This document shows, one piece after another, positions 1 to 9,956 of a stretch of DNA of 64,000 bases; position 1 is the stretch's first letter, and every line of letters starts with the position of its first letter. The DNA comes from Tetramitus jugosus (Eukaryota; Protista; Heterolobosea), in assembly GCA_937625935.1 (NCBI GenBank), contig OW569370.1:372001-436000 (forward strand), written 5' to 3'. The notes below the pieces were generated by a model, which worked only from the letters and a program-made list of their open reading frames with translations, did not search any database and was not told the DNA's origin. Made by a program: the position numbers and the translations under genes.

Positions 1-736
1 AACGACCCACCTTGTTTTTGCATTTCAACTGAGGTGGATGATTGTCAATCCTGTAGATAGTTGCTTGAATAGCAGTTCAAAATTTCTCTTCGTCGAGGAA
101 CTATTACCTGGTACAGAAGTTTTTAGAAGAGAAAAGAATGGATGAGTCTCAAGTTTGGAAAACAAGGAGGTCCATCCTAAAAACCCGCCGAGACAGGTGC
201 AAAAGTCAGGTAAACAATCACAATACGAGAGTTACGCTCTTCCAAAAAGTCTTCTTTGTTAGTTACATGCCCGTCTCTTTGATTGGATTGTTATGTTCTT
301 GCTTCTATTTGCTTCTCACTCCTTGTTTTGGCTAGATTTTGAGTCTGGAGCTCAGGCATCTTCAATACCAACAGCGACCAAGTCCCCTCATATTCTTTGA
401 GCTAATACATTGTCACAGTTGATGAGAAGCGAAATAGAGAACACCTGGAGAGAGGTAGGTAGTCGGAAAATACCGTAGCACATCTCAGTATCTATTCTGG
501 TTGAGCCTAGCAATCAAGAAAGAAACTTGTCAATGGAATGCATTCTTGGGTTGTCTCTGTAAATCACCCAACTATCCTCCTTGTTTAGACTCCGATTCAT
601 CTCGAGATTGAACCTCCAGATTTTTTCCTCCTCGTTTCACACAAAAAAAACACTCACTATTTACACTCTTGCACCACCCGACTGCTCTGACATTTTGTTC
701 TCCTCTCTTTGTCAATCTCTCTTATCTAAAAAGCCA

Positions 737-3154
737 ATGATGACATCATCACCACCACTAGCAGCAGTAGCATCGCAACACCTTCCCACCACTGACCACA
801 TTCATCATTATTCATCATCATCATCTACTACTACCACTACCACTACCACTACTACTACTAATAACAATATCACACAAAATACCACCATGAATGATTGTCA
901 TTGTCGCCCACAAGAATTACCAGATGAACTATTGATTCACATATTGTCATTCATTGATCCCATTGACCTGTATCACTCGTATCGCACAGTATTCACATGC
1001 AAGCACTGGATTATGAATTTGTGGCCCTATTGCAAAACCACTCTACGATTCAATTCCATGCACAAGATTTATCGTCAAATGAATCAGTCTTATTCACCAA
1101 TGAAACTATTGCAACAACAACAACAATCCATGAACAATCACTACAATTCTATGCATATGAACAATCACAATCACAATCATACGATTCGTAGTAGTAGTCT
1201 TAGTAGTAGTAGTAGCAGTAGTAGTAGTGCTGATAAGAATAGTATCGCCGTACAATCATGTGATCATGATACTGATCAATACAATATGGATTATTATCAT
1301 TATGTATTGTGCAATAATAAGAATAGGGGTTTGGATGAGAGTCATCCATTCATGAGAAGCAATCATTTATTGTTGGATCCATTCATGATTCAATATCCCA
1401 ATATTCAACACTTGTCCATTCAAGAGTACAAGTGCATGACTGATTCATTCATTGATAAACTGTTGAACTCGTATCACAAGAATCAATTGATTGATTTGGA
1501 TTTGTCTTATCACTATTATCATCAGAGTACTCCTACTACTACTATTACTACTACTACTACTAACAATAACAATAATAGTAATACTAATAGTAATAGAAGC
1601 AAATTTACGAGTAAATCATTGGAATTGATTGGTCAAACATGTTCATTATCACTAGAGACGTTGAATATTGCTGGTAGTGAGAATTTGGTGACTCAGAGAT
1701 TGTCTCTGTTTAATGATGACAAACGAAGGAGGCACTACAAGAAGAAGAGTTATCAACAACAACAACAACAGAATAATGACATGACATCTTTATCAGAGTC
1801 ATCAGAGTCATCATCCTATTCAGTGAGTCAATTTATTCATCAACAACTCAAGAATTGTGTAAAGTTGAAAGAATTGGATTTGACTGATCTATCATGCATT
1901 GGATGGGATCAATTGTTTCAATTGATTCAACTCTTTTCTACTACTACTACTACTACTACTACTACTAGTACTAGTACTGCTCTTAACACTGTGAATACGA
2001 TTCATAATAATAATAGTGATAGTGATGATAATGATGATGAAAATGATAATGATGACAAAGAGAAGAAAAAGAGAGAAGATGCGACACAAAACATGACGTT
2101 GATTATACGTGCCAATCACTTGACTCTAGTCTCTCATTTTGATGAACAAAAATTCATTGAATTGTGCAATCATTACTCTCTCAGAATTGCTATTGACATG
2201 TATGAACATGCGTTCATCTATCAACGTACCTCACCCATTGTACGTTCCATGTTTTTCATTCTGCGCAATCATTATCTGGACAATAACAATGACACTGTGA
2301 ATGCGTTGAATGAACACATGTTGTACTACTATCGACCTCGCATAGAGACGTGTATTGAGCCATGTCTACTCTTGAATCATCACAAGACCATTTTTCATTT
2401 GTTGAAAGAAGTGGACTATCCATTTCATCTGATACCCATCTCACTAGTTGAACGAGTGATTCGATTGGGTCATTCCAAGACTCTGAATTACCTCAGGCTC
2501 TGCCAATACCCTCATTTTGATCAATTGTCACAGCAAGTCATCAATGAATTGATATTGAGAGGTGATTACGAGTGTATGCAAGTGTTGCGCGGTGCCAAAC
2601 TGGATCGAAACAAGTGGATTCAAGTGCCCACAAGTGTCATTCAAAGTGCAATCATGAACAATCGAAGAGGTGTGATTGAACAGTTGAATGAACTTCAATT
2701 GCCCAATTTGTTGCGTTTTCAGTTCATGGACCTCTCATTGATCCATCACGTAATACAGAATGGATATGTCGGTATATTGAAAACAGTGTTGAGTTCGGGT
2801 TATGAAAAGGCAATGATGATTGAGCCGATGATTGTCCTGAGTTGCCCTGCTCAGAACACGGATGGAATCATGAGTTTGTTGAAGACGTTTTGCTTTGCAA
2901 AGTATGAGCAAGTGAGACGAGTGGAGAAGCAGCAATTGTTGATTCAAACATCTAAAATCAACAGCAACAATAATAGTTCCACAAGAGATACAACGGATGG
3001 CAATGATGAGGTTGAGAGTCACTGTGACTCACATGGTGACGATGATTCAACAAGTCCACCAGTGGGAGCAGCTGACCAAGGAGATTATCAAGGAAAAAGG
3101 AGTTCCAAGAAAAAGCAAGCAAAGCCAAGGAAGGAGTCTCGCAAGGCCAAATAA
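737..3154 (+). CDS. F-box protein with LRR-like middle region and C-terminal ankyrin-like helical repeats (about 805 aa)
   Basis: First in-frame ATG is at 737 (the track start at 581 is TTG). F-box motif ELPDELLIHILSFIDPIDL. LRR-like segments IQHLSI, LIDLDLS, LETLNIAG, LKELDLT. Five helical repeats of about 32 aa near the C-terminus. Many poly-T/S/N/Q tracts. Confidence 0.75.
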   Translation: MMTSSPPLAAVASQHLPTTDHIHHYSSSSSTTTTTTTTTTTNNNITQNTTMNDCHCRPQELPDELLIHILSFIDPIDLYHSYRTVFTCKHWIMNLWPYCKTTLRFNSMHKIYRQMNQSYSPMKLLQQQQQSMNNHYNSMHMNNHNHNHTIRSSSLSSSSSSSSSADKNSIAVQSCDHDTDQYNMDYYHYVLCNNKNRGLDESHPFMRSNHLLLDPFMIQYPNIQHLSIQEYKCMTDSFIDKLLNSYHKNQLIDLDLSYHYYHQSTPTTTITTTTTNNNNNSNTNSNRSKFTSKSLELIGQTCSLSLETLNIAGSENLVTQRLSLFNDDKRRRHYKKKSYQQQQQQNNDMTSLSESSESSSYSVSQFIHQQLKNCVKLKELDLTDLSCIGWDQLFQLIQLFSTTTTTTTTTSTSTALNTVNTIHNNNSDSDDNDDENDNDDKEKKKREDATQNMTLIIRANHLTLVSHFDEQKFIELCNHYSLRIAIDMYEHAFIYQRTSPIVRSMFFILRNHYLDNNNDTVNALNEHMLYYYRPRIETCIEPCLLLNHHKTIFHLLKEVDYPFHLIPISLVERVIRLGHSKTLNYLRLCQYPHFDQLSQQVINELILRGDYECMQVLRGAKLDRNKWIQVPTSVIQSAIMNNRRGVIEQLNELQLPNLLRFQFMDLSLIHHVIQNGYVGILKTVLSSGYEKAMMIEPMIVLSCPAQNTDGIMSLLKTFCFAKYEQVRRVEKQQLLIQTSKINSNNNSSTRDTTDGNDEVESHCDSHGDDDSTSPPVGAADQGDYQGKRSSKKKQAKPRKESRKAK

Positions 3155-3305
3155 GTAAATCCCGCATTTTTTGTGATGCAAATTCACTATTATTTTTGTT
3201 TATCAGCTCCATCTCGTTACAGAGAATTTGAGGGCTTTTAAATCCCAGCCAATCTTTCCAGAAACTACCAAGACAAAACACAACAAAACACAACTGTGCG
3301 TGCTC

Positions 3306-6300
3306 ATGAATAATCCCAATCTAGATATACCACCCCCATTGTACGACCCACATATGATGATCACACACGAGAATATGGGACACTTACTTGCCTTTCTTAA
3401 CAGACCACAAACAATAACAACAACAAGTCCTACCAGCACCAGTACGAGTACTACCTCTGCATCGCAATCCATTTTGCAAATCAGTGTAAGAGAACCAACA
3501 TCCAATGACCTTGTTCGCTCCTTGACTCAATTGTCCATTCGAGATGAAGAACCAACAACAACAACAACATCAAGTACTACTACGACGACTACCTGTGATC
3601 CATTGTCCAGTGATGAGTTGAATCAATTGTATGCTCGATTGCCACCCATTTCTCACACGACGACTACTACTACTACTACTACTACTACTGCTACTACTAC
3701 CACCAGTGCAAGTGACATGTTGTTGTACGACCAGAGAGAAAAAACCATTTTGCCAGAGAGATCAGGCAGCGTCATTCAACAACCATTTCCACCTACTAGT
3801 ACCACTGCTGCACCACCAGAGAGTGACGAGGATCGAATGGTAGATGATGAACAAGTTGTTGGTGGTGATCACATTAAGAATGAATTGAGAGTGGTTCGAT
3901 ATGCACCACAAGGTCTCATTCAAGACACTGTTAACACTCCATGCATTACTGTTACATTTTCGCATGACATGATTGCACTGTCCGATGCCAAGCACATGAT
4001 TATCCCTTATGATTACAGCTGGAACAAGAGTAATGATGTTGAGTATCCATTTCAGATTGACGTCGATCAACTACAAAAGGACTCCACTGCTGCTACTGCT
4101 GTGAATTTGAAGGGTAGATTCCGTTGGTTGGGCACAAGGACTGTGACATTTGAACCACAGTATCAACTACCAAAATCCACTCGTTTCATCATTACGATTC
4201 CACAGGGCAAACAGAGTGCAGTCATTAGTAGTCACGTGGTAGGGTCATTGTCTACTGCAGTGTCATTTACAATTGAGACACCCACTGTTCAATTGATTGA
4301 TCAATTCCCACTACCAAACTCTGTTCATCCACTCAATGAACTACCTATTGGTTACTTGGAGTTTGATCAACAAGTAGATGCCAGGACAGTACTTGATCAT
4401 TACGTGTCTTGCAAGGGTGTTCAATTCCAATTGTTGACTCGTGATCAAGTCAAACAACAGTTGAATCAGATTTTCTCTGCTGCTTCCAATAGAAAGCTAT
4501 TGGCTCAAAGGTATCAATCGTCATATGAGACCAAGTTATTGTCATCGACCGATAAGGAATCCAGACACTTGTGGTTCAAGATGCAATCGGTGGCTACGAA
4601 CAATGTTTCGTTTGTATCAGGTGATAGATTAACGATTCAAGTGGGACCCAATTTACCATCCAAGGAAGGTCCATTGACCAACAGTACGAAAAAGTTTGAA
4701 ATCCCAATGCAAAACTATCCACCATTTCAAGTCAAGCCCAATTCAGAACAATCGAACCTGTTGCCGTTGCAAGCATGGAGTATTCGATTCTCCAATGATA
4801 TTGATCTCGAGTCATTGAGTGATGACATGATCAGTGTGGATCCCCCATTGCCACATATCAAGTTGAATCCAAGTGGAAACACATTGAGCATCTCGGGCCG
4901 TTCCAAGGGCAGAACACTGTACACTGTATCCGTGTCTCATCGATTGAAGGACATTTATGGCCAATTGCTACAAGACACACCACAAATGACCAATACAACT
5001 GATGAAACAACGCAGGAAAAGTGGACCCAAGTGACATTCAATGTCGGTCCTGCTGCCCAACTACTCTCTGTCTTCCAAACCAATCTGGTCATTTTGGATC
5101 CAATGATTGCTACTCATGAACCTCCACAGCACTCTGTCGTCACAGTCAATCTGTCCAGTTTCCACTTGATGGTGTCTCAGGTCGATCCAAGCATGTACAA
5201 ATCCACTGTATTTTATCTGGATCATGGAAAGGAAAATCAATTACCAACTCTGCCAGGTACAGTTGTATTCAGTGGAGATATCACTGTGGAATCGCCTCAG
5301 CCAGATGAACCGACTGAGACTGTGATTAATCTATTATCCTATTTGCAGTTCCCTCGTGAGAGATTGGGTCAGTTGTTGATTGCAGTGACACCCACAAAGG
5401 GCACATGGAAGAAGCATAGTAGTATCTACTATTCAACTACTCCTCCTTGTCACATTACATGGATTCAGGCAACAAACATGGCCATTGACTGCTTCAGCAC
5501 AAGTAATTCCAACAAGATTTGTTGGGCCAATTCGTTGATTGATGGCTCATCTGTGCAAGGTGCTAAGTTCAATTATCAGGGTATCGAATCAGAAGAGACA
5601 GATGAGAATGGTGTGGTTGAGATGAAGGCCAAAGTTTCCTCCTATGAACTTCCGCTCGTGTGTCGCAAAGGCGATGATGTAGTGTTTGTCACTGGTGTTA
5701 ACGATGCTTTTAATTACACTGATTCAATCGCCATGCACATGTTTACTGATAGAGGACTGTACAAGCCAAAGGAAACAATCTATCTCAAGGGCTTCGCAAG
5801 AGAATTAATTCGAACTAACAAAGGATCAACATACAAGCTCAAGAATCCGACTGTTGGTCATTCGCTCTCCTATACGATCAGAGACGGACGATATCAACAG
5901 ATTGCAACAGGCAACGCTAAGATCACTGGTTGTGGTGCATTCACAATCCAATACACCTTACCAGACAACATCAATCTCGGCTCATGTAGCATCGAGGTAC
6001 GATACAGTGCACTTTATGCTTCATTATGTGCGTTCAAAGTGCTAGAATTCAGAACACCAGAGTACTCTGTAGCATCCAATGTTCCTCCATCGCACTATAT
6101 TGTCAATGATTCTGCAGTAGTAACCATGAATGCAGTGTATTACAGTGGTGGAGGACTGAATGATGCATCGGTCAATTACACTATTTCTCAGGCCAACAGT
6201 ACCTACACACCTCCTGGTTGGAGCAAATTCAAATTCCAGTACTCACCTCCATTCTGGAGCATATACCATCTGTTCATGCGAGAATTAGCAGGCGATGAAG

Positions 6301-9300
6301 CAGAACAACAAGTATCGCCCGTATCCTTCGCTGGCAAGACTGACGCCGATGGACAGCATCAAGTATGCATCCAATTCAAGGAGACTGCAAGAAAAGTGAA
6401 GCAACCAGTGACCATTTCGTGTGAGACATCTGTTCAAGACATTAACAGACAAACGATCAATTCTTCTGCTTCGTTCATTATTCATCCATCGAACTTTTAT
6501 GTCGGTGTGAGAACCAAGAAGCAATTTGTGAGACCCAACGTGAATTATGATCTGGATCTCATTGTTACCAATATTGACGGAAAGCCAAGGTCCAATGTCA
6601 GCATTGTTTTGACAGCCACTACCACGGAGAGAGTCAAACATGGATACTCGTACATGGAAAATCAAGTCGAAGTATTCCGCTCGATCATTGTATCTCAATT
6701 ACAACCCGTATCTCACACTGTTCAATTCAACAAGGGAGGCAACTATACCCTCACATTCCAAGTTGAGGATCAAAATGGTCTACATAATTCTACTGCTGTT
6801 GATGTCTCCGTCTATGGTGGAGACAGTCTCGATAGCAGCACATCAGCAGTAACATCAGAGACGGTCACAATTATACCTGATAAGGACTCCTATCAACCAG
6901 GCGAAGAAGCCAAGTTATTTGTTCAGGTACCGTTCGAAGGACCAGCCGAGTGCTTCTACTTTGTCGAATGTTCTGGTATTATGTTCAAGCAACGTTTCTC
7001 AATTGGTGCTGGTGTCAGCTGTGCTGAGTTGACAATTCCAATTCGTGATGAGTACACCCCCAATGTGACGATTGGTGTCTATGTTGTTGGTCAGAGTGAT
7101 CGTGTGAATCAAACAGGAAGAATGGTCAAGCCCAGCACTTTTGACGAAAACGCGGTACCAAAGAGACCTGCGTATGCCGTAGGTAGCCTTTGTCTCGATA
7201 TTCCTCCTACGAGGCATGAAATCAAGTGCCAGGTGATACCAAAGAGCTCCAGTGTCACACCCGGTGAAACAACAGAAGTAGAAGTACGTGTAACCGATGT
7301 CAATGGTAAGCCATTGAACAATAGTGAGGTGACTCTCGTTGTTGTCGACGAGGCTGTTCTCAGTCTCATTGGCTACTCGATTCAAGTACCACTTTCCACG
7401 TTCTATGTGCGAAATAACAACAACATGATTCATATTCCATCGAGACGTCTCGTCCTCGTCAAAAACTGGGACAACATTCAAGTTGAAGAAGCAGATGAAA
7501 AAGATGAAGATGAAGATGATGGCGATGAAGATGAATGTGAAGGAGGTATGCAATTGTATTCCTCTGGTGGAAAGGCCGCACGTCGCGTGGGCAGTGACAG
7601 GACTTGGCTTGGCATGCATATGAGCCAGTTGAAAACAGCTGGGTTATCAACTGGAGGGAGTGCTGGTGTGAAACCACTAATTGTTGTTCGATCCAACTTT
7701 AATCCATTAGCATTGTTCGCACCGTTGGTCATAACAGATCAAAATGGAGTTGCAAAGACATCTTTCACTTTGCCAGACAGTTTGACACGATATCGCGTGA
7801 CTGCAGTGGCTGTTCACAGTGCTGATATGTTTGGTTTGGGTGACAGTTCAATCGTAGCACAGTTACCTGTGTCGATTCGACCTTCCTTGCCTCGATTCTT
7901 GAACTTTGGTGATGAAGCACAATTCTCTTGTGTGCTCCAGAATCAGACAAATCGTCCTATCGAGATGCACGTCGCCATTCAATATTCGAACCATTTGAGT
8001 CTCAAGTGCCCAGAGAAGACTGGACTTAAGATTAAGATGCCAGCCATGGGAAGAACTGAGTTGTCCTATCCAATGAAGGCTGAGAGCACAGGAGAAGCTT
8101 GTTTCCAAATTGGTGCCACAACTGTTTCTGGGACAACGTTCTGTGATGCCGTAGAAAAGAAGGTGCCTGTCTATACGCCAGCCACCTCTGAAGCATTTGC
8201 TACCTCTGGTGAGATTGATGGCGTAAATGAGGGTGTCTATCAACCAATTGAACCACCAAGTGATGCCTACTCACAGTTTGGAGGACTACAGATTACCACA
8301 AGTAGCACAGCGCTTCAATCGTTGACTGATGCGTTCATTTATCTCGTTGATTATCAATTCTCTTGTAATGAACAAATTGCTAGCAAGATCATGTCGATTG
8401 TTACATTGGGTGAAGTGCTCTCTGCATTCAAGATTGCCGCTCTACCTTCAGTGGATAAACTGCAAGATATGGTGGAGAGGGGATTGGAAGAACTGTACAA
8501 GAATCAACACTCGAGTGGTGCTTTTGGATTCTGGAAGAGTGAGTTGGTAGTATCTGCCTATGTGACTGTTCATGTTGCTCACTGTTTTGCCAGATGTATA
8601 ATGGCTGGTCGTCCTGTGACTAATGATTCTCTTTTGCGCTCCAAGACAGCACTCAGAACGATTGAAAACTTTATGCCTGAAGCTTATTACACAAAGGAAA
8701 GCAAGAGAGCTGTGAGAAGCTATGCATACTATGTTTTGTCGTTGCTCGGTGATGAGCAAGCAGTTCCACTGACTCTCAAACTGTGGAAAGAATGTGGTGG
8801 AATCACCAGAGAGCTATCCAAGAGCTCACTGTCCATGGAAGGTCTTGCATGGGTCGCCTTTGTCTTGTTCAACAATAAGAAGAAGAATAACGGTAAGAAT
8901 AAGGCTATTGTGGACACCATATTCAAACACTTGATGAACAGAGTGAACGAAACAGCTGAGACTGCTAATTTCGTAACGAGTTACGGTGACAATCAAACTA
9001 GAAAGTTGGTTATGCTTCACTCGAGCAGAAGAACAGATGCAGTCATACTAGATGTTCTAATGTCAGTGGATCCTACCAACTCACTTGTCGTCAAGGTTGC
9101 CAAGGGACTGCTGGCGCACAGGAAGAAAGAACGTTGGTCATCTACACAAGAGAACATTTTCTGCCTCATTGCACTTCACAAGTACTTTGGCATCTATGAA
9201 GCCAAGATACCAAACTTTACACTTGACATGTGGATCGATAGGCAGTACGCAGGTCATCAGGAGTATGTGGGCAGAAGCACCGATCAAAACCTGTTGGACA

Positions 9301-9956
9301 TTCCAATGAAACACCTCCTGGCTGAACAAGAACAACAGTTGTCAAGCCATAATAATCTCAAGAATCTCGTCATGTACAAGAAGGGAGACGGCCGCATGTA
9401 CTATCGCATCGGTCTCACCTATGCCCCCAAAAATCTCTCTGTTGATGCATTGGATTGCGGATTCACTGTCGAGAGAACATATGAGCCCGTAACTGATCAG
9501 AGTCATGTCAAGAAGAATGATCAAGATGGATCATGGGAGTTCAAGGCAGGAGAACTCGTCAGAGTACGCATTACACTATGCAACCCGAGCAGAAGATATC
9601 ATGTCGCTCTCGTGGACAAGTTGCCTGCTGGGCTCGAAGTTTTGAATCCTGATTTGAAGACAACTGGAACGATACCTGCAGACAGCAGTCAAGACAATGA
9701 GGGAAGTGCGCGCAGCGGTGGTGACTTCTGTTGGTGGTGGAAATCTGTTTGGTATGAGCATCAGAATTTGAGAGATGAACGTGTCGAAGCTTTTTCTTCA
9801 CTCTTGTGGGAAGGTGTACACAAGTACAGCTATGTATGTAGAGCAACGTCCATTGGTGACTTTGTTGTTCCGCCAGCGTACGCAGAAGAGATGTACAGTC
9901 CAGAGGTGTTTGGTCGCTCTGCCACAGACAAGGTGAGAGTCCTGAAGAATGATTAA
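3306..9956 (+). CDS. Bacterial-type alpha-2-macroglobulin (thioester-containing protein), intronless, about 2216 aa
   Basis: N-terminal Ig-like modules (LRVVRYAPQG...GRFRWLGTRTVTFEP). MG motifs FTDRGLYKPKETIYLKG and EFRTPEY. PDKDSYQPGEEAKLFV and VTLVVVDEAVLSL. Post-bait VRSNFNPLALF...LPDSLTRYRVTAVA...LPRFLNFGD. Thioester motif CNEQ at 8364-8375. WSSTQEN. C-terminal VDKLPAGLE...PPAYAEEMYSPEVFGRS. First in-frame ATG is at 3306. Confidence 0.92.
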   Translation: MNNPNLDIPPPLYDPHMMITHENMGHLLAFLNRPQTITTTSPTSTSTSTTSASQSILQISVREPTSNDLVRSLTQLSIRDEEPTTTTTSSTTTTTTCDPLSSDELNQLYARLPPISHTTTTTTTTTTTATTTTSASDMLLYDQREKTILPERSGSVIQQPFPPTSTTAAPPESDEDRMVDDEQVVGGDHIKNELRVVRYAPQGLIQDTVNTPCITVTFSHDMIALSDAKHMIIPYDYSWNKSNDVEYPFQIDVDQLQKDSTAATAVNLKGRFRWLGTRTVTFEPQYQLPKSTRFIITIPQGKQSAVISSHVVGSLSTAVSFTIETPTVQLIDQFPLPNSVHPLNELPIGYLEFDQQVDARTVLDHYVSCKGVQFQLLTRDQVKQQLNQIFSAASNRKLLAQRYQSSYETKLLSSTDKESRHLWFKMQSVATNNVSFVSGDRLTIQVGPNLPSKEGPLTNSTKKFEIPMQNYPPFQVKPNSEQSNLLPLQAWSIRFSNDIDLESLSDDMISVDPPLPHIKLNPSGNTLSISGRSKGRTLYTVSVSHRLKDIYGQLLQDTPQMTNTTDETTQEKWTQVTFNVGPAAQLLSVFQTNLVILDPMIATHEPPQHSVVTVNLSSFHLMVSQVDPSMYKSTVFYLDHGKENQLPTLPGTVVFSGDITVESPQPDEPTETVINLLSYLQFPRERLGQLLIAVTPTKGTWKKHSSIYYSTTPPCHITWIQATNMAIDCFSTSNSNKICWANSLIDGSSVQGAKFNYQGIESEETDENGVVEMKAKVSSYELPLVCRKGDDVVFVTGVNDAFNYTDSIAMHMFTDRGLYKPKETIYLKGFARELIRTNKGSTYKLKNPTVGHSLSYTIRDGRYQQIATGNAKITGCGAFTIQYTLPDNINLGSCSIEVRYSALYASLCAFKVLEFRTPEYSVASNVPPSHYIVNDSAVVTMNAVYYSGGGLNDASVNYTISQANSTYTPPGWSKFKFQYSPPFWSIYHLFMRELAGDEAEQQVSPVSFAGKTDADGQHQVCIQFKETARKVKQPVTISCETSVQDINRQTINSSASFIIHPSNFYVGVRTKKQFVRPNVNYDLDLIVTNIDGKPRSNVSIVLTATTTERVKHGYSYMENQVEVFRSIIVSQLQPVSHTVQFNKGGNYTLTFQVEDQNGLHNSTAVDVSVYGGDSLDSSTSAVTSETVTIIPDKDSYQPGEEAKLFVQVPFEGPAECFYFVECSGIMFKQRFSIGAGVSCAELTIPIRDEYTPNVTIGVYVVGQSDRVNQTGRMVKPSTFDENAVPKRPAYAVGSLCLDIPPTRHEIKCQVIPKSSSVTPGETTEVEVRVTDVNGKPLNNSEVTLVVVDEAVLSLIGYSIQVPLSTFYVRNNNNMIHIPSRRLVLVKNWDNIQVEEADEKDEDEDDGDEDECEGGMQLYSSGGKAARRVGSDRTWLGMHMSQLKTAGLSTGGSAGVKPLIVVRSNFNPLALFAPLVITDQNGVAKTSFTLPDSLTRYRVTAVAVHSADMFGLGDSSIVAQLPVSIRPSLPRFLNFGDEAQFSCVLQNQTNRPIEMHVAIQYSNHLSLKCPEKTGLKIKMPAMGRTELSYPMKAESTGEACFQIGATTVSGTTFCDAVEKKVPVYTPATSEAFATSGEIDGVNEGVYQPIEPPSDAYSQFGGLQITTSSTALQSLTDAFIYLVDYQFSCNEQIASKIMSIVTLGEVLSAFKIAALPSVDKLQDMVERGLEELYKNQHSSGAFGFWKSELVVSAYVTVHVAHCFARCIMAGRPVTNDSLLRSKTALRTIENFMPEAYYTKESKRAVRSYAYYVLSLLGDEQAVPLTLKLWKECGGITRELSKSSLSMEGLAWVAFVLFNNKKKNNGKNKAIVDTIFKHLMNRVNETAETANFVTSYGDNQTRKLVMLHSSRRTDAVILDVLMSVDPTNSLVVKVAKGLLAHRKKERWSSTQENIFCLIALHKYFGIYEAKIPNFTLDMWIDRQYAGHQEYVGRSTDQNLLDIPMKHLLAEQEQQLSSHNNLKNLVMYKKGDGRMYYRIGLTYAPKNLSVDALDCGFTVERTYEPVTDQSHVKKNDQDGSWEFKAGELVRVRITLCNPSRRYHVALVDKLPAGLEVLNPDLKTTGTIPADSSQDNEGSARSGGDFCWWWKSVWYEHQNLRDERVEAFSSLLWEGVHKYSYVCRATSIGDFVVPPAYAEEMYSPEVFGRSATDKVRVLKND

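Noticed and set aside
100-112. ACTATTACCTGG resembling the 5' end of U1 snRNA
   Set aside because: It does not match ACTTACCTG exactly, and I found no U1-70K loop or U1A loop downstream.
581-736. Non-ATG N-terminal extensions given by the ORF track (also 3228, 15916, 40162, 45700, 47504, 51821)
   Set aside because: They come from prokaryote-style start calling. The extensions lie in A/C-rich leader sequence and the first in-frame ATG gives a sensible protein.
3306-9956. A2M as bacterial contamination or a chimeric assembly
   Set aside because: It contains host-type poly-Thr microsatellite inserts, a CA-rich leader and an AATAAA after the stop, and it sits 151 bp from a eukaryotic F-box gene with no bacterial neighbours.
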